From positions 1 through 48,947 of the forward strand of contig NW_021835074.1 of assembly GCF_006345805.1 (NCBI RefSeq): 48,947 bases of DNA. The letters run 5' to 3'. Made by a program: the position numbers and the translations under genes. This DNA comes from Octopus sinensis. Its lineage: Eukaryota. The notes under the pieces were generated by a model. That model was not told where the DNA came from, ran no database searches, and saw nothing but the letters and a program-made list of their open reading frames with translations. Within the stretch, counting starts at the first letter, position 1. Each line of letters begins with the position of its first letter. This document shows, in pieces, positions 1-13,367 of this stretch.

Positions 1-3000
1 ATGATGATGATGGTTGATGATGGTTCCGAAGATGATGACGATGGTGATGATTGGTGGCGAAGATGATGATGATGGGGATGAATGGTGGCGAAGATGATGA
101 TGATTGATGATATGGTGGCGAAGATGATGATGATGTGTGATGATGGTGGCGAAGATGATGATGATGGGATGATGGTGGCGAAGATGATGATGATGGTGAT
201 GATGGTTGTCGAAGATGATGATGATGGTGATGTTGGTGGCGAAGATGATGATGATGGTGATGATGGTGACGAAGATGATGATGATGGTGATGATGGTGGC
301 GAAGATGATGATGATGGGGATGATGGTGGCGAAGATGATGATGATGGTGGTGATGGTGGCGAAGATGATGATGATGGTGATGATGGTGGCGAAGATGATG
401 ATGATGGTGATGTTGGTGGCGAAGATGATGATGATGGGGATGTTGGTGGCGATGATGATGATGGTGATGATGGTGACGATGATGATGATGATGATGATGG
501 TTGTCGAAGATGATGATGATGGTGGCGAAGATGAAGATGATGGTGATGATGGTCGCGAAGAAAATGATGATGGTTGATGATGGGGTGCGATGATGATGAT
601 GATGGTGATGATGGTGGCGAAGATGATGATGATGGTGATGATGGTGGCGAAGATGATGATGATGGTGATGTTGGTGGCGAAGATGATGATGATGGTGATG
701 ATGGTGGCGAAGATGATGATGATGGTGATGATGGTGGCGAAGATGATGATGATGGTGATGTTGGTGGCGAAGATGATGATGATGGTAATGATGGTGGCGA
801 TGATGATGATGATGGTGATGATGGCAAAGATGATGATGATGGTGATGATGGTGGCGAAGATGATGATGATGGTGATGATGGTGGCGAAGATGATGATGAT
901 GGGGATGTTGGTGGCGATGATGATGATGGTGATGTTGGTGACGATGATGATGATGATGGTGATGATGGTGGCGAAGATGATGATGATGGTCATGATGGTG
1001 GCGAAGATGAAGATGATAGTGATGATGGTGGCGAAGATTTGAATGATGTGATGTTGGTGGCGAAGATGATGATGTTGGTGATGATGGTGGCGAAGATGAT
1101 GATGATGGTGATGATGGTGGCGAAGATGATGATGATGGTGATGATGGTGGCGAAGATGATGATGATGGTGATGATGGTGGCGAAGATGATGATGATGGTG
1201 ATGATGGTGGCGAAGATGATGATGATGGTGATGTTGGTGGCGAAGATGATGATGATGGGGATGTTGGTGGCGATGATGATGATGGTTGATGATGGTGACG
1301 ATGATGATGATGATGGGGATGTTTGTGGCGTGCGATTGATGATGGTGTTGATGGTGACGATGATTATGATGATGGTGGCGAAGATGATGATGATGGTGAT
1401 GATGGTGGCGAAGATGAAGATGATGGTGATGATGTTGCGAAAATGATGATGATGGTGATGTTGGTGGCGAAGATGATGATGATGGTGTTGATGGTGGCGA
1501 AGATGATGATGATGGTGATGATGGTGGCGAAGATGATGATGATGGTGATGTTGGTGGCGAAGATGATGATGATGGGGATGTTGTGGCGATGATGATGATG
1601 GTGATGATGGTGACGAATGATGATGATGGTGATGATGGTTGTCGAAGATGATGATGATGGTGGCGAAGATGATGATGATGGTGATGATGGTCGCGAAGAA
1701 GATGATGATGGTGATGATGGTGGCGATGATGATGATGATGGTGATGATGGTGGCGAAGATGATGATGATGGTGATGATGGTGGCGAAGATGATGATGATG
1801 GTGATGATGGTGGCGAAGATGATGATGATGGTGATGATGGTGGCGAAGATGATGATGATGGGGATGTTGGTGGCGAAGATGATGATCATGGTGATGATGG
1901 TGGCGAAGATGATGATGATGGTGATGATGGTGGCGAAGATGAAGATGATAGTGATGATGGTGGCGAAGATGATGATGATGGTGGTGATGGTGTTGAAGAT
2001 GAAGATGATAGTGATGATGGTGGCGAAGATGATGATGATGGTGATGATGGTGGCGAAGATGATGATGATGGTGATGATGGTGGCGAAGATGAAGTTGATG
2101 GTGATGATGGTGGCGAAGATGATGATGATGGTGATGATGGTGGCGAAGATGAAGATGATAGTGATGATGGTGGCGAAGATGATGATGATGGTGATGTTGG
2201 TGGCGAGGATGATGATGATGGTGATGATGGTGGCGAAGATGATGATGATGGTGATGATGGTGGCGAAGATGATGATGATGGTGATGATGGTGGCGAAGAT
2301 GATGATGATGGTGATGATGGTGGCGAAGATGATGATGATGGTGATGATGGTGGCGAAGATGATGATGATGGTGATGTTGGTGGCGAAGATGATGATGATG
2401 GGGATGTTGGTGGCGATGATGATGATGGTGATGATGGTGACGATGATGATGATGATGGGGATGTTGGTGGCGATGATGATGATGGTGTTGATGGTGACGA
2501 TGATGATGATGATGGTGGCGAAGATGATGATGATGGTGATGATGGTGGCGAAGATGATGATGATGGTGATGTTGGTGGCGAAGATGATGATGATGGTGAT
2601 GATGGTGGCGAAGATGATGATGATGGTGATGATGGTGGCGAAGATGATGATGATGGTGATGTTGGTGGCGAAGATGAAGATGATGGGGATGTTGGTGGCG
2701 ATGATGATTATGGTGATGATGGTGACGATGATGATGATGATGGTGATGATGGTTGTCGAAGATGATGATGATGGTGGCGAAGATGATGATGATGGTGATG
2801 ATGGTCGCGAAGAAGATGATGATGGTGATGATGGTGGCGATGATGATGATGATGGTGATGATGGTGGCGAAGATGATGATGATGGTGATGTTGGTGGCGA
2901 AGATGATGATGATGGTGATGTTGGTGGCGAAGAAGATGATGATGGTGATGATGGTGGCGAAGATGATGATGATGGTGATGATGGTGGCGAAGACGATGAT

Positions 3001-6000
3001 GATGGTGATGTTGGTGGCGAAGATGATGATGATGGTGATGATGGTGGCGATGATGATGATGGTGATGATGGTGGCGAAGATGATGATGATGGGGATGATG
3101 GTGACGATGATGATGATGATGGTGATGATGGTGGCGAAGATGATGATGATGGTGATGATGGTGGCAAAGATGAAGATGATGGTGATGATGGTGGCGACGA
3201 TGATGATGATGGTGATGATGTTGACGATGATGATGATGATGGTGATGATGGTGACGATGATGATGATGATGGTGATGATGGTGACGTTGATGATGATGAT
3301 GGTGATGATGGTGGCGAAGATGATGATGATGGTGATGATGGTGGCGAAGATGAAGATGATGGTGATGATGGTGGCGAAGATGATGATGATGGTGATGTTG
3401 GTGGCGAAGATGATGATCATGGTGATGATGGTGGCGAAGATGATGATGATGGTGATGATGGTGGCGAAGATGATGATGATGGTGATGATGGTGGCGAAGA
3501 TGATGATGATGGGGATGTTGGTGGCGAAGATGATGATCATGGTGATGATGGTGGCGAAGATGATGATGATGGTGATGATGGTGGCGAAGATGAAGATGAT
3601 AGTGATGATGGTGGCGAAGATGATGATGATGGTGATGATGGTGGCGAAGATGAAGATGATAGTGATGATGGTGGCGAAGATGATGATGATGGTGATGATG
3701 GTGGCGAGATGATGATGATGATGGTGATGATGGTGGCGAGAAGATGAAGTTGATGGTGATGATGGTGGCGAAGATGATGATGATGGTGATGATGGTGGCG
3801 AAGATGAAGATGATAGTGATGATGGTGGCGGAAGATGATGATGATGATTGGATGTTGGTGGCGAAGAGATGATGTTGGTGATGATGGTGGCGAAGATGAT
3901 GATGATGGTGATGATGGTGGCAAAGATGAAGATGATGGTGATGATGGTGGCGACGATGATGATGATGGTGATGATGTTGACGATGATGATGATGATGGTG
4001 ATGATGGTGACGATGATGATGATGATGGTGATGATGGTGGCGAAGATGATGATGATGGTGATGATGGTGACGTTGATGATGATGATGGTGATGATGGTGG
4101 CGAAGATGATGATGATGGTGATGATGGTGGCGAAGATGAAGATGATGGTGATGATGGTGGCGAAGATGATGATGATGGTGATGTTGGTGGCGAAGATGAT
4201 GATCATGGTGATGATGGTGGCGAAGATGATGATGATGGTGATGATGGTGGCGAAGATGATGATGATGGTGATGATGTGGCGAAGATGATGATGATGATGG
4301 GGATGTTGGTGGCGAAGATGATGATCATGGTGATGATGGTGGTGGAAGATGATGATGATGGTGATGATGGTGGCGAAGATGAAGATGATAGTGATGATGG
4401 TGGCGAAGATGATGATGATGGTGATGATGGTGGCGAAGATGAAGATGATAGTGATGATGGTGGCGAAGATGATGATGATGTGTGATGATGGTGGCGAAGA
4501 TGATGATGATGGTGATGAGGTGGCGAAGATGAAGTTGATGGTGATGATGGTGGCGAAGATGATGATGATGGTCATGATGGTGGCGAAGATGAAGATGATA
4601 GTGATGATGGTGGCGAAGATGATGATGGTGATGTTGGTGGCGAAGAAGATGATGGTTGGTGATGATGGTGGTGGCGAAGATGAGATGATGATGGTGATGA
4701 TGGTGGCGAAGATGATGATGATGGTGATGATGGTGGCGAAGATGATGATGATGGTGATGATGGTGGCGAGGTGATGATGATGGTGATGATGGTGGCGAAG
4801 ATGATGATGATGGTGATGTTGGTGGCGAAGATGATGATGATGGGGATGTTGGTGGCGATGATGATGATGGTGATGATGGTGACGATGATGATGATGATGG
4901 GGATGTTGGTGGCGATGATGATGATGGTGTTGATGGTGACGATGATGATGATGATGGTGGCGAAGATGATGATGATGGTGATGATGGTGGCGAAGATGAA
5001 GATGATGGTGATGATGGTGGCGAAGATGATGATGATGGTGATGTTGGTGGCGAAGATGATGATGATGGTGATGATGGTGGCGAAGATGATGATGATGGTG
5101 ATGATGGTGGCGAAGATGATGATGATGGTGATGTTGGTGGCGAAGATGATGATGATGGGGATGTTTGTGGCGATGATGATGATGGTGATGATGGTGACGA
5201 TGATGATGATGATGGTGATGATGGTGGCGAAGATGATGATGATGGTGATGATGGTGGCGAAGATGATGATGATGCTGATGATGGTGGCGAAGATGATGAT
5301 GATGGTGATGATGGTGGCGAAGATGAAGATGATGTGATGATGGTGCGAGATGATGATGATGGTGATGATGGTGGCGAAGATGATGATGATGGTGATGATG
5401 GTGGCGAAGATGAGTTTGATGGTGATGATGGTGGCGAAGATGATGATGATGGTGATGATGGTGGCGAAGATGAAGATGATAGTGATGATGGTGGCGAAGA
5501 TGATGATGATGGTGATGGTGGGTGGCGAAGATGATGATGTTGGTGATGATGGTGGCGAAGATGATGATGATGGTGATGATGGTGGCAAAGATGAAGATGA
5601 TGGTGATGATGGTGGCGACGATGATGATGATGGTGATGATGTTGACGATGATGATGATGATGGTGATGATGGTGACGATGATGATGATGGTGATGATGGT
5701 GGCGAAGATGATGATGATTGGTGATGATGTTACGTTATGATGATGATGGTGATGATGGTGGCGAAGATGATGATGATGGTGATGATTGGTGGCGAAGATG
5801 AAGATGATGGTGATGATGGTGGCGAAGATGATGATGATGGTGATTTGGTGGCGAAGATGATCATGGTGATGATGGTGGCGAAGATGATGATGATGGTGAT
5901 GATGGTGGCGAAGATGAGATGATGGTGTGATGATGGTGGCGAAGATGATGATGATGGGGATGTTGGTGGCGAAGATGATGATCATGGTGATGATGGTGGC

Positions 6001-9000
6001 GAAGATGATGATGATGGTGATGATGGTGGCGAAGATGAAGATGATAGTGATGATGGTGGCGAAGATGATGATGATGGTGATGATGGTGGCGAAGATGAAG
6101 ATGATAGTGATGATGGTGGCGAAGATGATGATGATGGTGATGATGGTGGCGAAGATGATGATGATGGTGATGATGGTGGCGAAGATGAAGTTGATGGTGA
6201 TGATGGTGGCGAAGATGATGATGATGGTCATGATGGTGGCGAAGATGAAGATGATAGTGATGATGGTGGCGAAGATGATGATGATGGTGATGTTGGTGGC
6301 GAAGATGATGATGTTGGTGATGATGGTGGCGAAGATGATGATGATGGTGATGATGGTGGCGAAGATGATGATGATGGTGATGATGGTGGCGAAGATGATG
6401 ATGATGGTGATGATGGTGGCGAAGATGATGATGATGGTGATGATGGTGGCGAAGATGATGATGATGGTGATGTTGGTGGCGAAGATGATGATGATGGGGA
6501 TGTTGGTGGCGAAGATGATGATGATTGGTGATGATGGTGGGACGATGATGAAGATGATCTGATGATGGGTGGCGAAGATGATGATGATGGTGATGATGGT
6601 GGCGAAGATGAGATGATGATGATGGGTATGTTGGTGGCGAAGATGATGATGATGGTGATGATGTGGCGAAGATGATGATGATGGTGATGGTGGTGGCGAA
6701 GATGATGATGATGGTGATGATGGTGGCGAAGATGAGATGATGGTGATGATGTGGCGAAAAGATGATGATGATGGTGATGATGGTGGCGAAGATGATGATG
6801 ATGGTGATGATGGTGGCGAAGATGATGATGATGGTGATGATGGTGGCGAAGATGAAGATGATGGTGATGATGGTGGCGAAGATGATGATGATGGTGATGA
6901 TTGGTGGCGAAGATGATGATGATGGGATGATGGTGGCGAAGATGATGATGATGGTGATGATGGTGGCGAAGATGATGATGATGGTGATGATGGTGGCGAA
7001 GATGATGATGATGGTGATGTTGGTGGCGAAGATGAGATGATGGTGATGATGGTGGCGAAGATGATGATGATGGTGATGTTGGTGGCGAAGATGATGATGA
7101 TGGTGATGATGGTGGCGAAGATGATGATGATGGTGATGATGGTGGCGAAGATGATGATGATGGGATGATGGGCGAAGATGATGATGATGCTGATGATGGT
7201 GGCGAAGATGATGATGTGCTGATGATGGTGGCGAAGATGAATGATAGTGATGATGGTGGCGAAGATGATGATGATGGTGATGATGGTGGCGAAGATGATG
7301 ATGATGGTGATGATGGTGGCGAGAGATGATACTGGGTGATGATGGTGGCGAAGATGATGATGATGGTGATGTTGGTGGCGAAGATGATGATGATGGTTGA
7401 TGATGGTGGCGATGATGATGATGATGGTGATGATGGTGGCGAAGATGATGATGATGGTGATGATGGTGCGAAGATGAAGATGATAGTGATGATGGTGGCG
7501 AAGATGATGATGATGGTTGATGATGGTGGCGAAGATGATATGATGTGGATGGTGGCGAAGATGAAGTTGATGGTGATGATGGTGGCGAAGATGATGATGA
7601 TGGTGATGATGGTGGAAGATGAAGATGTAGTGATGATGGTGGCGAAGATGATGATGATGGTGATGTTGGTGGCGAAGATGATGATGATGGTGATGATGGT
7701 GGCGAAGATGATGATGATGGTGATGATGGTGGCGAAGATGATGATGATGGTGATGATGGGGCGAAGATGATGATGATGGTGATGATGGTGGCGAAGATGA
7801 TGATGATGGTGATGATGGTGGCGAAGATGATGATGATGGTGATGTTGTGGCGAAGATGATGATGATGGGGGATGTTGGTGGCGATGATGATGATGGTGAT
7901 GATGGTGACGATGATGATGATGATGGGGGATGTTGTGGCGATGATGATGATGATTGGTGATGTTGGTGGCGAAGATGATGATGATGGTGATGATGGTGGC
8001 GAAGATGATGATGATGGTGATGATGGTGGCGAAGATGATGATGATGGGGATGATGGTGGCGAAGATGATGATGATGGTGATGATGGTGGCGAAGATGATG
8101 ATGATGGTTGATGATGGTGGAAGATGATGATGATGGGGATGATGGTGGCGAAGATGATGATGATGGTGATGTTGGTGGCGAAGATGATGATGATGGTGAT
8201 GTTGGTGGCGAAGATGATGATGATGGTGATGATGGTGACGAAGATGATGATGATGGTGATGATGGTGGCGAAGATGATGATGATGGGGATGTGATGGTGG
8301 CGAAGATGATTGATGTGATGGTGGTGATGATGGTGGCACGAAGATGATGATGATGGTGATGATGGTGGCGAAGATGATGATGATGGAGATGATGGTGGCG
8401 AAGATGATGATGATGGTGATGTTGGTGGCGAAGATGATGATGATGGTGATGATGGTGGCGAAGATGATGATGATGGTGATGATGGTGGCGAAGATGATGA
8501 TGATGGTGATGATGGTGGCGAAGATGAAGATGATAGTGATGATGGTGGCGAAGATGATGATGATGGTGATGATGGTGGCGAAGATGATGATGATGGTGAT
8601 GATGGTGGCGAAGATGAAGATGATGGTGATGATGGTGGCGAAGATGATGATGATGGTGATGTTGGTGGCGAAGATGATGATGATGGTGATGATGGTGGCG
8701 AAGATGATGATGATGGTGATGATGGTGGCGAAGATGATGATGATGGTGATGATGGTGGCGAAGATGAAGATGATAGTGATGATGGTGGCGAAGATGATGA
8801 TGATGGTGATGATGGTGGCGAAGATGATGATGATGGTGATGATGGTGGCGAAGATGAAGTTGATGGTGATGATGGTGGCGAAGATGATGATGATGGTGAT
8901 GATGGTGGCGAAGATGAAGATGATAGTGATGATGGTGGCGAAGATGATGATGATGGTGATGTTGGTGGCGAAGATGATGATGATGGTGATGATGGTGGCG

Positions 9001-9631
9001 AAGATGATGATGATGGTGATGATGGTGGCGAAGATGATGATGATGGTGATGATGGTGGCGAAGATGATGATGATGTGATGATGGTGGCGAAGATGATGAT
9101 GATGGTGATGATGGTGGCGAAGATGATGATGATGGTGATGTTGGTGGCGAAGATGATGATGATGGGGATGTTGGTGGCGATGATGATGATGGTGATGATG
9201 GTGACGATGATGATGATGATGGGGATGTTGGTGGCGATGATGATGATGATGGTGATGTTGGTGGCGAAGATGATGATGATGGTGATGATGGTGGCGAAGA
9301 TGATGACGATGGTGATGATGGTGGCGAAGATGATGATGATGGGGATAATGGTGGCGAAGATGATGATGATGGTGATGATGGTGGCGAAGATGATGATGAT
9401 GGTGATGATGGTGGCGAAGATGATGATGATGGGGATGATGGTGGCGAAGATGATGATGATGGTGATGATGGTGTTATGGTGGCGAAGATGATGATGATGG
9501 TGATGTGGTGCGAAGATGATGATTGATGGTGATGATGGTGGCGAAGATGATGATGATGGTGATGATGGGTGGCGAAGATGATGATGATGGTGATGATGGT
9601 GGCGAAGATGATGATGATGGTGATGTTGGTG
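1..9631 (+). repeat. GAT-rich satellite, ~30-bp unit GGTGATGATGGTGGCGAAGATGATGATGAT (runs off window start)
   Basis: Hundreds of tandem units with recurrent variants (GTT, GGG, CAT, AGT, GAAGTT) and frequent single-base indels. The D/G, M/V and I/T ORFs are by-products of the triplet composition. Confidence 0.97.
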
Positions 9632-10680
9632 TTCGCCACCAACATCACCATCATCATCATCTTCGCCACCATCATCACCATCATCATCATCTTCGCCACC
9701 AACACACCATCATCATCATCTTCGCCACCATCATCACCATCATCATCATCTTTGCCACCATCATCATCATCATCGTCACCATCATCACCATCATCATCAT
9801 CGCCACCATTATCCCCATCATCATCATCTTCGCCACCAACATCCCCATCATCATCATCTTCGCCACCATCATCACCATCATCGTCATCATCGTCACCATC
9901 ATCACCATCATCATCATCTTCGCCACCATCATCACCATCATCATCATCTTCGCCACCATCATCACCATCATCATCATCATCGTCACCATCATCCCCATCA
10001 TCATCATCATCGTCACCATCATCACCATCATCATCATCGCCACCAACATCCCCATCATCATCATCACCGCCACCATCTTCACCATCATCTTCATCTTCGC
10101 CACCATCATCACCATCATCATCATCTTCGCCACCATCATCATCATCATCGTCACCATCATCACCATCATCATCATCGCCACCAACATCCCCACCATCATC
10201 ATCATCGCCACCAACATCCCCACCATCATCATCATCGTCACCATCATCACCATCATCATCATCGCCACCAACATCCCCACCATCATCATCATCGCCACCA
10301 ACATCCCCACCATCATCATCATCGTCACCATCATCACCATCATCATCATCGTCACCATCATCACCATCATCATCATCTTCGCCACCAACATCACCATCAT
10401 CACCATCATCATCATCTTCGCCACCATCATCACCATCATCATCATCTTCGCCACCATCATCACCATCATCATCATCTTCGCCACCATCATCACCATCATC
10501 ATCATCTTCGCCACCATCATCACCATCATCATCATCTTCGCCACCATCATCACCATCATCATCTTCTTCGCCACCATCATCACCATCATCACCATCATCA
10601 TCATTGCCACCAACATCACCATCGCCAGCATCAGCACGAATCAACTCCATCATCGTTGTTATCCTCTCATCATTATCTCC
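9632..10680 (-). repeat. Same satellite in inverted orientation, decaying into unique sequence
   Basis: From 9632 the sequence reads ttcgccaccaacatcaccatcatcatcatc, the reverse complement of the unit. It degenerates after ~10620. Confidence 0.95.
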
Positions 10681-11348
10681 ATCTCTGTTTATTGCAAAAT
10701 GTGTGTGTGTGTGTGTGCATGTGTGCGTGCACATGCGTTTGTGTGCGTGCTCGCGTGTATCGTTATATATAGACAGATCTGAAATCACATACGCACACAC
10801 ATATCTGTATTCATACGCCTATACACAGACACACCTAGGATCTTGTCAAATTTCTTCCAGTCACTTCAAGTTTTTCAAATTTTCACCAGATTATTTTCAA
10901 AAGAAAATGTAATTCTTGTGCAGTTCTGCATGCTGCTGGCAACACGAAAATTGCAGCAAGGCTGCGTGATACTGTCAGACGTGGCATGCAGACCATCATA
11001 AGACTGGTTTGAGATTGCGTTTTTTATTCTTCTTCACTTTTGTCTTTGATTTGCAAGATTCTTTATGTGAATTCGTGTGTTGAAACAAATTTGTTTAGAG
11101 AATCCTTGGATCCTATAAAAGAGCTGTTGTGCTAGCAGACCACGAAACACGGTTGTAATTCCTCCTGTATCTGCAGAGTATCATTATGCCTATATTATTA
11201 ACACACGAACTGGTTTAATTCCCCACTCCTTTATTATTAGTTACCTGGTTAAAATCCAAATAACTTACCGATTGTTAGTCATTGAAAAGGTTGCAGGATG
11301 CAGCGAAAGAGCTTTGACAAACAAAAACAAAACAAATTAAACAATCGC

Positions 11349-11760
11349 GCAGGTGTGGCTGTGTGGTAAGTAGCTTGCTTACCAGCCACATGGTCACGGG
11401 TTCAGTCCCACTGCGTGGCACCTTGGTCAAGTGTCTTCTACTATAGCCTCGGGCCGACCAAAGCCTTGTGAGTGGATTTGGTAGACAGAAACTGAAAGAA
11501 GCCCGTCGTATATATGTATATGTGTGTGTGTGTAGGTGTGTGTGTTTGTGTGTCTGTGTTTGTCCTCCCTCAACATCGCTTGACAACCGATGCTGGTGTG
11601 TTTACGTCCCGTTACTTAGAGCTTCAGCAAAAAGAAACCGATGGAATAAGTACTAGGCTTACAAAGAATAACTCCTGGGGTCGATTTGCTCCACTAAAAG
11701 GCGGTGCTCCAGCATGGCCACAGTCAAATGACTGAAACAAGTAAAAGGGAAAAGAGAGAG
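11349..11760 (+). mobile_element. tRNA-derived SINE family A (octopus OK/OR-type, CORE-like central domain)
   Basis: Head GCAGGTGTGGCTGTGTGGTAAG with B-box-like GGTTCAGTCCC, CORE-like ACCTTGGTCAAGTGTCTT, internal TA/TG microsatellite, 3' end GACTGAAACAAGTAAAAG. Homologous copies at 14687 and 37141. Confidence 0.88.
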
Positions 11761-11811
11761 TAAGCATATGTAACCAACAACGGCCAGAGTTGAATTATCC
11801 AAACGATGGTT

Positions 11812-11812
11812 G

Positions 11813-11844
<32 letters not shown>

Positions 11845-11874
11845 CAGATAAATAGATAGATGGATGGATGGATA
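11812..11874. repeat. (GATA)n/(GGAT)n microsatellite at the 3' end of a Tx1 derivative
   Basis: Direct reading. Confidence 0.95.
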
Positions 11875-12364
11875 ATTTCTTTATTGGCCACACAGGGCTA
11901 AACACAGAGGGGACAATTACAATGTAGAGTTTTTCTTTTCGATGGGGGGGGGGAGGGGCAGAAGAAAAAAAAACAAGAACAAAAAAAACCAATGGTGTTG
12001 TTTGTGGCAGAGTTGTCCGTAGTAGTAGTAGTGGTTGATTGTGAAGCTGTCGTCTGGGTTCTTCCAATTTTCGTGGGTCGGTGGCGGCGGTGTTGGCGTC
12101 CAATGCTCACACCTGCACCTGTGTTGCTTCTCCCCTTCTTCCCTACACCCCTTCATGAAGCTGTGGGGAAGGCAGGGTAGGGAAATGAACGTCGTAAGCG
12201 TTGTCAAGGAGACCAACGTTCTTTGCAACGACGACGACTTCATGGCTTGAAGACGCCATGCTCAAAACAGAAAATGGCTTAGAAAGCCAAAAACAAATTT
12301 ACAAAATCGAGAAACACGCCACACAGGGCAGGTTTCCCGTGCAAAGAATTTGCACAACCGAATG
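11875..12364 (-). mobile_element. Short internally deleted Tx1-like derivative (5' region + ORF1 N-terminus + 3' end)
   Basis: 3' end matches the LINE 3' ends at 21491, 27313 and 48270. Minus strand from ATG 12259 gives MASSSHEVVV, with ERWS in a shifted frame and HFPTL, compared with VERWS...HFPSL in the full-length ORF1. A Thr-rich stretch follows. Confidence 0.6.
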
Positions 12365-12779
12365 GGATCTTTTCGGTTTCAACGGCAGTTTTTTTCTAGC
12401 GGTGTCATATGAAATTGTCACCCACAATTATGACCCTAGTATCGATCTATTGCATTTCAATCTGTTTTAGGGTTAAGGGTGGAGGGAAGGGTATCTTTTT
12501 TCTTCACATATGTAAATAAACCCAATCTGTTTCTTAAACGACGGACATATTATTCATACGGCACAGAACGTTTTCACCTCAATAGACGGTCATTGATTGG
12601 TTGAAATTGCTGAAATGCAAGAAATTAAAGACCAAATATCTTACAAACTATAGAATTTTCTCAATAAAGCCAAGAGAAAAAGATGTTTTATAAACACATT
12701 CTACCAGTATACGAAGTTTAAAAGTGTTTAGTTACGTGGAAATTATTTTAAAAAACTGCCGTTCAAACCGAAAAGATCC
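12365..12779. mobile_element. MITE family 1 (GGATCTTTTCGGTTT TIRs), possibly Merlin-like
   Basis: ~29-bp terminal inverted repeats. Homologous to 19193-19616 and 35183-35598 in the opposite orientation. No clear TSD at this copy. Confidence 0.85.
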
Positions 12780-13242
12780 CTCACGGATATTTTAATTTAG
12801 TTTCTTGTATTATTTTCACGAATTAACACTCAACACATGTTATATAATGGCATGCAAGATGCCGTAGTAAACCAAGAGAGTCATCACACAGCTAAAACAC
12901 CATAACGTTAAAAAACAGACACCGTATTGTGCTATAGTAGCGTTTATTTTCTGTCTTGAGGCAATCACGCTTGTTAAGGAATTATTGATAAAATTTAAAT
13001 TAAAGTCAATCTTCATGGATGTGAACTTTTGTCGAACTCACGCCTCTTCAAACACTCTCTGAGCCCCGCAGATCGATATTAAATGTACAGGATGATCCAA
13101 AAGTCACGCACAAAATAAGTTCAGTTTGCTCCGAAATCGGCAATTAAAAATGCTTCAATTATTCTAAATTCAATTAAAATGAATTAAATAATGATAGATA
13201 CATACGTACTTGTACAAGATGAACAAAGTGAATGAATGAACG

Positions 13243-13301
13243 AATAATAATAATAATAATGATAATAACAATAATAATAATAATAATAATGATGATGATG
13301 G

Positions 13302-13367
<66 letters not shown>
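13243..13367. repeat. (AAT)n-(GAT)n compound microsatellite
   Basis: Direct reading. Confidence 0.95.

Noticed and set aside
1-9631. Long ORFs (poly-D/G, poly-M/V, poly-I/T, poly-S/P, poly-H) as genes
   Set aside because: They follow automatically from a GAT-triplet repeat that lacks stops in five of six frames. They shift frame at random indels and have no unique domain.
1-10680. CRISPR array
   Set aside because: Contiguous tandem units with no unique spacers, no cas genes, eukaryotic context.
11349-11420. tRNA gene (also other SINE heads)
   Set aside because: A/B-box-like motifs continue directly into SINE body sequence and no complete acceptor stem is evident.
12780-12790. Continuation of the Tx1 derivative's 5' end beyond the MITE (CTCACG-GATA)
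   Set aside because: It resembles the full-length element's 5' terminus, but the match is only a few bases and the MITE has no TSD here to confirm continuity.
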